The translations under genes and the position numbers were made by a program. The notes below the pieces were generated by a model. The model worked only from the letters and a program-made list of their open reading frames with translations, had not been told where the DNA came from and made no database searches. Shown here piece after piece: positions 1 to 11,999 of a stretch of DNA of 64,000 nt. Each line of letters begins with the position of its first letter. The stretch's first letter is position 1. Where the stretch lies: assembly GCF_009914755.1 (NCBI RefSeq), contig NC_060939.1; one strand, 5' to 3'. The stretch is from the human T2T-CHM13v2.0 reference genome, Homo sapiens.

Positions 1-1193
1 ATTCCACTCGTTTCCTTTCCTTTCGAGTCCATTCCTCTCCAGTCCATTCCGTTCAATCCATTCCATTCCAGTCCATTCCATTCGAGTCCGTTCCATTCCA
101 GTCCATTCCATTCGAGTCAATTCCATTCCATTCGATGTCTTTCCATAACGATCCATTCCATTCTATTCCTTTCGATTCCATTCCATTCTATTTCATTCCA
201 TTCGATTCCCTTCCATTGGACTCCTTTCCATTCGAGTGCATTCCATTCCGTTCCATTTCTTTCCGTTCTGTACGATTCCTACCGTTCGATTTCATTTTGT
301 TCCAGTCCATTCCTTTCGCGTCCATTCCATTCCATTTCACTCCATTCGATTCCATTCCACTCGATTCCACTTCGTTCCATTTCATTGCATTCCATTCTAT
401 TCAACTCTATTGCCTTCCATTCCATTCCATTCGATTACATTCCATGCGATTCCATTCGAAATCGAATCAATTACATTGCAATCCATTACTATTGAGTCCG
501 TTTTATTCCAGTCCACTGCATTCTGGTCCATTCCATTTGATTCCATTCCATTTTATTCCATTCCATACAGTTGCATTCCATTGGATTCCATGCTGTATCT
601 ATAAATTCAATTCGAGACCATTGCTTTTGAGTCCATTCTATATGTTTCCATTCCATTCAAGTCCATTACATTTGTTTCAATTCCATTCCATTCCATTCCC
701 TTCCATTCCATTCCAGTTGATATCAATCCATTCGATTCCATTCCATTCCAGCACATTCCATTCGAGTCCATTCCATTCGATGCCATTCCATTTGATTCTA
801 TTCCATTAGTCTCCATTCAATTCCATTAATCTCCATTCCATTCCATTCTACTCCAACTGATTCCATTCCATTCTATTCCTTTCCATTCCATTTCATTCCA
901 TTCCATTCCATTTCATTCCATTCCATTCCATTCGCTTCCATTCCATTCGTGTCCATTCCACTCCAGTCCATTCCATTTGTGTCCACTGCATTCCATTCCA
1001 CTCCATTCCATATTATTCCATTACACTCCATTCCATTCTATTACTTTCATTTCCATTCAATTCCATTCCATTTGATTCCATTCCACTCGGTTTCATTCCA
1101 TTTGAGTCCACTCCATTCCATTCCATTCCATTCCATTCAGTTCCATTCTATTCTGTTCCATTCCATTCCGTTCCATTGCATTCCATTCCATTC

Positions 1194-3002
1194 GGTACCA
1201 TTCCATATTGTTCCATTCGATTCCATTCGAATCCATTCCATTCCAGTCCATTCCATTCGATTCCATTCCATTCCTTTCCATTCCATTCCATTCCATTCCT
1301 TTCCATTCCACTTGATTCCACTCCATTCCCTTCCACTGCATTCCATTCGATTCCATTCCATTGCATTGCATTCCATTCCATTGGACTGCATTCCATTCGA
1401 TTCCATTCCATTCGAATCAATTACATAGCAATCCATTACATTCGAGTCTATTCTATTCCGTTCCATTCGATTTCATTCCAATCCATTCGATTCCATTCCA
1501 TTCGATTCCATTCCATACTATTGCATTCCATTCGATTACATTATATTCGAATAAGTTCCATTCAAGACCATTTCTTTTGAGTCCATTCTATTTGAGTCCA
1601 TTCCCTTTGATTCCATAACATTTGAGTCCATTCAATTCCATTCCTTTCGTTTCCGTTCCATTTGATGCCATTCCATTCAATTCTGTTCTACTCGACTCCA
1701 ATACATTCAATTCCATTCCATCCGATTCCATTACATTCTTTTCATTTCTTATCCATTTCAAGCCATTCCACTCCATTCCATTCCACTCGTTTCCTTTCCA
1801 TTCGAGTCCATTCCTCTCCAGTCCATTCCGTTCAATCCATTCCATTCCAGTCCATTCCATTCGAGTCCGTTCCATTCCAGTCCATTCCATTCGAGTCAAT
1901 TCCATCCCATTCGATGTCTTTCCATAACGATCCATTCCATTCTATTCCTTTCGATTCCATTCCATTCTATTTCATTCCATTCGATTCCCTTCCATTGGAC
2001 TCCTTTCCATTCGAGTGCATTCCATTCCTTTCCATTTCTTTCCGTTCTGTACGATTCCTACCGTTCGATTTCATTTTGTTCCAGTCCATTCCTTTCGCGT
2101 CCATTCCATTCCATTTCACACCATTCGATTCCATTCCACTCGATTCCACTTCGTTCCATTTCATTGCATTCCATTCTATTCAACTCTATTGCCTTCCATT
2201 CCATTCCATTCGATTACATTCCATGCGATTCCATTCGAAATCGAATCAATTACATTGCAATCCATTACTATTGAGTCCATTTTATTCCAGTCCACTGCAT
2301 TCTGGTCCATTCCATTTGATTCCATTCCATTCTATTCCATTCCATACAGTTGCATTCCATTGGATTCCATTCTACATCTATAAATTCAATTCGAGACCAT
2401 TGCTTTTGAGTCCATTCTATATGATTCCATTCCATTCAAGTCCATTACATTTGGTTCAATTCCATTCCATTCCATTCCCTTCCATTCCATTCCAGTTGAT
2501 ATCAATCCATTCGATTCCATTCCATTCGAGCACATTCCATTCGAGTCCATTCCATTCGATGCCATTCCATTTGATTCTATTCCACTAGTCTCCATTCAAT
2601 TCCATTAATCTCCATTCCATTCCATTCTACTCCAACTGATTCCATTCCATTATATTCCTTTCCATTCCATTTCATTCCATTCCATTCCATTTCATTCCAT
2701 TCCATTCCATTCGCTTCCATTCCATTCGTGTCCATTCCACTCCAGTCCATTCCATTCGTGTCCATTCCATTCCAGTCCATTCCATTTCTGTCCACTGCAT
2801 TCCATTCCACTCCATTCCATATTATTCCATTACACTCCATTCCATTCTATTACTTTCATTTCCATTCAATTCCATTCCATTTGATTCCATTCCACTCGGT
2901 TTCATTCCATTTGAGTCCACTCCATTCCATTCCATTCCATTCCATTCAGTTCCATTCCATTCTGTTCCATTCCATTCCGTTCCATTGCATTCCATTCCAT
3001 TC
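1194..3002 (+). repeat. Representative KpnI-to-KpnI unit (1809 bp)
   Basis: GGTACC at 1194 and 3003. Landmarks (gaataagttcc, atttcaagcc, ccataacgatcc, ctgtacgattcctaccg, cgaaatcgaatc, ctataaattc, ttgatatcaa) each occur once and in the same order in the intact units. Confidence 0.95.
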
Positions 3003-6000
3003 GGTACCATTCCATATTGTTCCATTCGATTCCATTCGAATCCATTCCATTCCAGTCCATTCCATTCGATTCCATTCCATTCCTTTCAATTCCATTCCAT
3101 TCCATTCCATTCCACTTGATTCCACTCCATTCCCTTCCACTGCATTCCATTCGATTCCATTCCATTGCATTGCATTCCATTCCATTGGACTGCATTCCAT
3201 TCGATTCCATTCCATTCGAATCAATTACATAGCAATCCATTACATTCAAGTCTATTCTATTCCGTTCCATTCGATTTCGTTCCAATCCATTCGATTCCAT
3301 TCCATTCGATTCCATTCCATACTATTGCATTCCATTCGATTACATTATATTCGAATAAGTTCCATTCAAGACCATTTCTTTTGAGTCCATTCTATTTGAG
3401 TCCATTCCCTTTGATTCCTTATCATTTGAGTCCATTCAATTCCATTCCTTTCCTTTGCATTCCATTTGATGCCATTCCATTCAATTCTGTTCTACTCGAC
3501 TCCAATACATTCAATTCCATTCCATCCGATTCCATTACATTCTTTTCATTTCTTATCCATTTCAAGCCATTCCACTCCATTCCATTCCACTCGTTTCCTT
3601 TCCTTTCGAGTCCATTCCTCTCCAGTCCATTCCGTTCAATCCATTCCATTCCAGTCCATTCCATTCGAGTCCGTTCCATTCCAGTCCATTCCATTCGAGT
3701 CAATTCCATTCCATTCGATGTCTTTCCATAATGATCCATTCCATTCTATTCCTTTCGATTCCATTCCATTCTATTTCATTCCATTCGATTCCCTTCCATT
3801 GGACTCCTTTCCATTCGAGTGCATTCCTTTCCGTTCCATTTCTTTCCGTTCTGTACGATTCCTACCGTTCGATTTCATTTTGTTCCAGTCCATTCTTTCG
3901 CGTCCATTCCATTCCATTTCACTCCATTCGATTCCATTCCACTCGATTCCACTTCGTTCCATTTCATTGCATTCCATTCTATTCAACTCTATTGCCTTCC
4001 ATTCCATTCCATTCGATTACATTCCATGCGATTCCATTCGAAATCGAATCAATTACATTGCAATCCATTACTATTGAGTCCGTTTTATTCCAGTCCACTG
4101 CATTCTGGTCCATTCCATTTGATTCCATTCCATTCTATTCCATTCCATACAGTTGCATTCCATTGGATTCCATGCTATATCTATAAATTCAATTCGAGAC
4201 CATTGCTTTTGAGTCCATTCTATATGATTCCATTCCATTCAAGTCCATTACATTTGGTTCAATTCCATTCCATTCCATTCCCTTCCATTCCATTCCAGTT
4301 GATATCAATCCATTCGATTCCATTCCATTCGAGCACATTCCATTCGAGTCCATTCCATTCGATGCCATTCCATTTGATTCTATTCCATTAGTCTCCATTC
4401 AATTCCATTAATCTCCATTCCATTCCATTCTACTCCAACTGATTCCATTCCATTCTATTCCTTTCCATTCCATTTCATTCCATTCCATTCCATTTCATTC
4501 CATTCCATTCCATTCGTGTCCATTCCACTCCAGTCCATTCCATTCGTGTCCATTCCATTCCAGTCCATTCCATTTGTGTCCACTGCATTCCATTCCACTC
4601 CATTCCATATTATTCCATTATACTCCATTCCATTCTATTACTTTCATTTCCATTCAATTCCATTCCATTTGATTCCATTCCACTCGGTTTCATTCCATTT
4701 GAGTCCACTCCATTCCATTCCATTCCATTCCATTCCATTCAGTTCCATTCCATTCTGTTCCATTCCATTCCGTTCCATTACATTCCATTCCATTCGGTAC
4801 CATTCCATATTGTTCCATTCGATTCCATTCGAATCCATTCCATTCCAGTCCATTCCATTCGATTCCATTCCATTCATTTCAATTCCATTCCATTCCATTC
4901 CATTACATTCCACTTGATTCCTCTCCATTCCCTTCCACTGCATTCCGTTCGATTCCATTCCATTGCATTGCATTCCATTCCATTGGATTGCATTCCATTC
5001 GATTCCATTCCATTCGAATCAATTACATAGCAATCCATTACATTCGAGTCTATTCTATTCCGTTCCATTCGATTTCGTTCCAATCCATTCGATTCCATTC
5101 CATTCGATTCCATTCCATACTATTGCATTCCATTCTATTACATTATATTCGAATAAGTTCCATTCAAGACCATTTCTTTTGAGTCCATTCTATTTGAGTC
5201 AATTCCCTTTGATTCCATAACATTTGAGTCCATTCAATTCCATTCCTTTCGTTCCCATTCCATTTGATGCCATTCCATTCAATTCTGTTCTACTCGACTC
5301 CAATACATTCAATTCCATTCCATCCGATTCCATTACATTCTTTTCATTTCTTATCCATTTCAAGCCATTCCACTCCATTCCATTCCACTCGTTTCCTTTC
5401 CATTCGAGTCCATTCCTCTCCAGTCCATTCCGTTCAATCCATTCCATTCCAGTCCATTCCATTCGAGTCCGTTCCATTCCAGTCCACTCCATTCGAGTCA
5501 ATTCCATCCCATTCGATGTCTTTCCATAACGATCCATTCCATTCTATTCCTTTCGATTCCATTCCATTCTATTTCATTCCATTCGATTCCCTTCCATTGG
5601 ACTCCTTTCCATTCGAGTGCATTCCATTCCGTTCCATTTCTTACCGTTCTGTACGATTCCTACCGTTCGATTTCATTTTGTTCCAGTCCATTCCTTTCGC
5701 GTCCATTCCATTCCATTTCACTCCATTCGATTCCATTCCACTCGATTCCACTTCGTTCCATTTCATTGCATTCCATTCTATTCAACTCTATTGCCTTCCA
5801 TTCCATTCCATTCGATTACATTCCATGCGATTCCATTCGAAATCGAATCAATTACATTGCAATCCATTACTATTGAGTCCATTTTATTCCAGTCCACTGC
5901 ATTCTGGTCCATTCCATTTGATTCCATTCCATTCTATTCCATTCCATACAGTTGCATTCCATTGGATTCCATTCTATATCTATAAATTCAATTCGAGACC

Positions 6001-9000
6001 ATTGCTTTTGAATCCATTCTATATGATTCCATTCCATTCAAGTCCATTACATTTGGTTCAATTCCATTCCATTCCATTCCCTTCCATTCCATTCCAGTTG
6101 ATATCAATCCATTCGATTCCATTCCATTCGAGCACATTCCATTTGAGTCCATTCCATTCGATGCCATTCCATTTGATTCTATTCCATTAGTCTCCATTCA
6201 ATTCCATTAATCTCCATTCCATTCCATTCTACTCCAACTGATTCCATTCCATTCTATTCCTTTCCATTCCATTTCATTCCATTCCATTCCATTTCATTCC
6301 ATTCCATTCCATTCGCTTCCATTCCATTCGTGTGCATTCCACTCCAGTCCATTCCATTCGTGTCCATTCCATTCCAGTCCATTCCATTTGTGTCCACTGC
6401 ATTCCATTCCACTCCATTCCATATTATTCCATTACACTCCATTCCATTCTATTACTTTCATTTCCATTCAATTCCATTCCATTTGATTCCATTCCACTCG
6501 GTTTCATTCCATTTGAGTCCACTCCATTCCATTCCATTCCATTCCATTCAGTTCCATTCCATTCCGTTCCATTCCATTCCGTTCCATTGCATTCCATTCC
6601 ATTCGGTACCATTCCATATTGTTCCATTCGATTCCATTCGAATCCATTCCATTCCAGTCCATTCCATTCGATTCCATTCCATTCCTTTCAATTCCATTCC
6701 ATTCCATTCCATTCCACTTGATTCCACTCCATTCCCTTCCACTGCATTCCATTCGATTCCATTCCATTGCATTGCATTCCATTCCATTGGACTGCATTCC
6801 ATTCGATTCCATTCCATTCGAATCAATTACATAGCAATCCATTACATTCGAGTCTATTCTATTCCGTTCCATTCGATTTCGTTCCAATCCATTCGATTCC
6901 ATTCCATTCGATTCCATTCCATACTATTGCATTCCATTCGATTACATTATATACGAATAAGTGCCATTCAAGACCATTTCTTTTGAGTCCATTCTATTTG
7001 AGTCCATTCCCTTTGATTCCATAACATTTGAGTCCATTCAATTCCATTCCTTTCGTTTGCATTCCATTTGATGCCATTCCATTCAATTCTGTTCTACTCG
7101 ACTCCAATACATTCAATTCCATTCCATCCGATTCCATTACATTCTTTTCATTTCTTATCCATTTCAAGCCATTCCACTCCATTCCATTCCACTCGTTTAA
7201 TTTCCATTCGAGTCCATTCCTCTCCAGTCCATTCCGTTCAATCCATTCCATTCCAGTCCATTCCATTCGAGTCCGTTCCATTCCAGTCCATTCCATTCGA
7301 GTCAATTCCATTCCATTCGATGTCTTTCCATAACGATCCATTCCATTCTATTCCTTTCGATTCCATTCCATTCTATTTCATTCCATTCGATTCCCTTCCA
7401 TTGGACTCCTTTCCATTCGAGTGCATTCCATTCCGTTCCATTTCTTTCCGTTCTGTACGATTCCTACCGTTCGATTTCGTTTTGTTCCAGTCCATTCCTT
7501 TTGCGTCCATTCCATTCCATTTCACTCCATTCGATTCCATTCTACTCGATTCCACTTCGTTCCATTTCATTGCATTCCATTCTATTCAACTCTATTGCCT
7601 TCCATTCCATTCCATTCGATTACATTCCATGCGATTGCGTTCGAAATCGAATCAATTACATTGCAATCCATTACTATTGAGTCCGTTTTATTCCAGTGCA
7701 CTGCATTCTGGTCCATTCCATTTGATTCCATTCCATTCTATTCCATTCCATACAGTTGCATTCCATTGGATTCCATTCTATATCTATAAATTCAAATCGA
7801 GAACATTGCTTTTGAATCCATTCTATATGATTCCATTCCATTCAAGTCCATTACATTTGGTTCAATTTCATTCCATTCCATTCCCTTCCATTCCATTCCA
7901 GTTGATATCAATCCATTCGATTCCATTCCATTCGAGCACATTCCATTTGAGTCCATTCCATTCGATGCCATTCCATTTGATTCTATTCCATTAGTCTCCA
8001 TTCAATTCCATTAATCTCCATTCCATTCCATTCTACTCCAACTGATTCCATTCCATTCTATTCCTTTCCATTCCATTTCATTCCATTCCATTCCATTTCA
8101 TTCCATTCCATTCCATTCGCTTCCATTCCATTCGTGTCCATTCCACTCCAGTCCATTCCATTCGTGTCCATTCCATTCCAGTCCATTCCATTTGTGTCCA
8201 CTGCATTCCATTCCACTCCATTCCATATTATTCCATTACACTCCATTCCATTCTATTACTTTCATTTCCATTCAATTCCATTCCATTTGATTCCATTCCA
8301 CTCGGTTTCATTCCATTTGAGTCCACTCCATTCCATTCCATTCCATTCCATTCAGTTCCATTCCATTCTGTTCCATTCCATTCCGTTCCATTGCATTCCA
8401 TTCCATTCGGTACCATTCCATATTGTTCCATTCGATTCCATTCGAATCCATTCCATTCCAGTCCATTCCATTCGATTCCATTCCATTCCTTTCAATTCCA
8501 TTCCATTCCATTCCATTCCACTTGATTCCACTCCATTCCCTTCCACTGCATTCCATTCGATTCCATTCCATTGCATTGCATTCCATTCCATTGGACTGCA
8601 TTCCATTCGATTCCATTCCATTCGAATCAATTACATAGCAATCCATTACATTCGAGTCTATTCTATTCCGTTCCATTCGATTTCGTTCCAATCCATTCGA
8701 TTCCATTCCATTCGATTCCATTCCATACTATTGCATTCCATTCGATTACATTATATTCGAATAAGTGCCATTCAAGACCATTTCTTTTGAGTCCATTCTA
8801 TTTGAGTCCATTCCCTTTGATTCCATAACATTTGAGTCCATTCAATTCCATTCCTTTCGTTTCCATTCCATTTGATGCCATTCCATTCAATTCTGTTCTA
8901 CTCGACTCCAATACATTCAATTCCATTCCATCCGATTCCATTACATTCTTTTCATTTCTTATCCATTTCAAGCCATTCCACTCCATTCCATTCCACTCGT

Positions 9001-11999
9001 TTCCTTTCCATTCGAGTCCATTCCTCTCCAGTCCATTCCGTTCAATCCATTCCATTCCAGTCCATTCCATTCGAGTCCGTTCCATTCCAGTCCATTCCAT
9101 TCGAGTCAATTCCATTCCATTCTATGTCTTTCCATAACGATCCATTCCATTCTATTCCTTTCGATTCCATTCCATTCTATTTCATTCCATTCGATTCCCT
9201 TCCATTGGACTCCTTTCCATTCGAGTGCATTCCATTCCGTTCCATTTCTTTCCGTTCTGTACGATTCCTACCGTTCGATTTCATTTTGTTCCAGTCCATT
9301 CCTTTCGCGTCCATTCCATTCCATTTCACTCCATTCGATTCCATTCCACTCGATTCCACTTCGTTCCATTTCATTGCATTCCATTCTATTCAACTCTATT
9401 GCCTTCCATTCCATTCCATTCGATTACATTCCATGCGATTCCATTCGAAATCGAATCAATTACATTGCAATCCATTACTATTGAGTCCGTTTTATTCCAG
9501 TCCACTGCATTCTGGTCCATTCCATTTGATTCCATTCCATTCTATTCCATTCCATACAGTTGCATTCCATTGGATTCCATGCTATATCTATAAATTCAAT
9601 TCGAGACCATTGCTTTTGAGTCCATTCTATATGATTCCATTCCATTCAAGTCCATTACATTTGGTTCAATTCCATTCCATTCCATTCCCTTCCATTCCAT
9701 TCCAGTTGATATCAATCCATTCGATTCCATTCCATTCGAGCACATTCCATTCGAGTCCATTCCATTCGATGCCATTCCATTTGATTCTATTCCATTAGTC
9801 TCCATTCAATTCCATTAATCTCCATTCCATTCCATTCTACTCCAACTGATTCCATTCCATTCTATTCCTTTCCATTCCATTTCATTCCATTCCATTCCAT
9901 TTCATTCCATTCCATTCCATTCGTGTCCATTCCACTCCAGTCCATTCCATTCGTGTCCATTCCATTCCAGTCCATTCCATTTGTGTCCACTGCATTCCAT
10001 TACACTCCATTCCATATTATTCCATTACACTCCATTCCATTCTATTATTTTCATTTCCATTCAATTCCATTCCATTTGATTCCATTCCACTCGGTTTCAT
10101 TCCATTTGAGTCCACTCCATTCCATTCCATTCCATTCCATTCCAATCCATTCCATACAGTTCCATTCCATTCTGTTCCATTCCATTCTGTTCCATTGCAT
10201 TCCATTCCATTCGGTACCATTCCATATTTTTCCATTCGATTCCATTCGAATCCATTCCATTCCAGTCCATTCCATTCGATTCCATTCCATTCCTTTCAAT
10301 TCCATTCCATTCCATTCCATTCCACTTGATTCCACTCCATTCCCTTCCACTGCATTCCATTCGATTCCATTCCATTGCATTGCATTCCATTCCATTGGAC
10401 TGCATTCCATTCGATTCCATTCCATTCGAATCAATTACATAGCAATCCATTACATTCGAGTCTATTCTATTCCGTTCCATTCGATTTCGTTCCAATCCAT
10501 TCGATTCCATTCCATTCGATTCCATTCCATACTATTGCATTCCATTCGATTACATTATATTCGAATAAGTTCCATTCAAGACCATTTCTTTTGAGTCCAT
10601 TCTATTTGAGTCCATTCCCTTTGATTCCATAACATTTGAGTCCATTCAATTCCATTCCTTTCGTTTGCATTCCATTTGATGCCATTCCATTCAATTCTGT
10701 TCTACTCGACTCCAATACATTCAATTCCATTCCATCCGATTCCATTACATTCTTTTCATTTCTTATCCATTTCAAGCCATTCCACTCCATTCCATTCCAC
10801 TCGTTTCCTTTCCATTCGAGTCCATTCCTCTCCAGTCCATTCCGTTCAATCCATTCCATTCCAGTCCATTCCATTCGAGTCCGTTCCATTCCAGTCCATT
10901 CCATTCGAGTCAATTCCATTCCATTCGATGTCTTTCCATAACGATCCATTCCATTCTATTCCTTTCGATTCCATTCCATTCGATTCCCTTCCATTGGACT
11001 CCTTTCCATTCGAGTGCATTCCATTCCGTTCCATTTCTTTCCGTTCTGTACGATTCCTACCGTTCGATTTCATTTTGTTCCAGTCCATTCCTTTCGCGTC
11101 CATTCCATTCCATTTCACTCCATTCGATTCCATTCCACTCGATTCCACTTCGTTCCATTTCATTGCATTCCATTCTATTCAACTCTATTGCCTTCCATTC
11201 CATTCCATTCGATTACATTCCATGCGATTCCATTCGAAATCGAATCAATTTCATTGCAATCCATTACTATTGAGTACGTTTTATTCCAGTCCACAGCATT
11301 CTGGTCCATTCCATTTGATTCCATTCCATTTTATTCCATTCCATACAGTTGCATTCCATTGGATTCCATGCTATATCTATAAATTCAATTCGAGACCATT
11401 GCCTTTGAGTCCATTCTATATGATTCCATTCCATTCAAGTCCATTACATTTGGTTCAATTCCATTCCATTCCATTCCCTTCCATTCCATTCCAGTTGATA
11501 TCAATCCATTCGATTCCATTCCATTCGAGCACATTCCATTCGAGTCCATTCCATTCGATGCCATTCCATTTGATTCTATTCCATTAGTCTCCATTCAATT
11601 CCATTAATCTCCATTCCATTCCATTCTACTCCAACTGATTCCATTCCATTCTAATCCTTTCCATTCCATTTCATTCCATTCCATTCCATTTCATTCCATT
11701 CCATTCCATTCGTGTCCATTCCACTCCAGTCCATTCCATTCGTGTCCATTCCATTCCAGTCCATTCCATTTGTGTCCACTGCATTCCATTCCACTCCATT
11801 CCATATTATTCCATTACACTCCATTCCATTCTATTACTTTCATTTCCATTCAATTCCATTCCATTTGATTCCATTCCACTCGGTTTCATTCCATTTGAGT
11901 CCACTCAATTCCATTCCATTCCATTCCATTCAGTTCCATTCCATTCTGTTCCATTCCATTCCGTTCCATTACATTCCATTCCATTCGGTACCATTCCAT

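Noticed and set aside
454-468. Possible heat-shock element (TTC/GAA clusters such as ttcgaaatcgaa)
   Set aside because: The spacing does not give three alternating nGAAn units (nTTCnnGAAnnTTCn).
600-606. TATA-like TATAAAT once per unit
   Set aside because: It is a short AT-rich match whose counterpart in the homologous block B is AATAAGT. There is no other promoter evidence, and Inr-like CCATTC occurs everywhere by default.
717-726. 10 bp palindrome TTGATATCAA, plus ATTGCAAT at 475 and the inverted pair CGAAATCGAA/TTCGATTTCG
   Set aside because: They are too short for stable structure and arise easily from pentamer mutation. Their recurrence only reflects unit amplification.
1662-2588. 308 aa ORF recurring in most units (and all other FHSIP- or MEWNG-rich ORFs)
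   Set aside because: (ATTCC)n has no stop codon in any frame on either strand and translates to IPFHS / MEWNG repeats. The ORFs overlap in several frames, recur only because the DNA unit recurs, are broken by frameshifts in some units, and show no recognisable domain.
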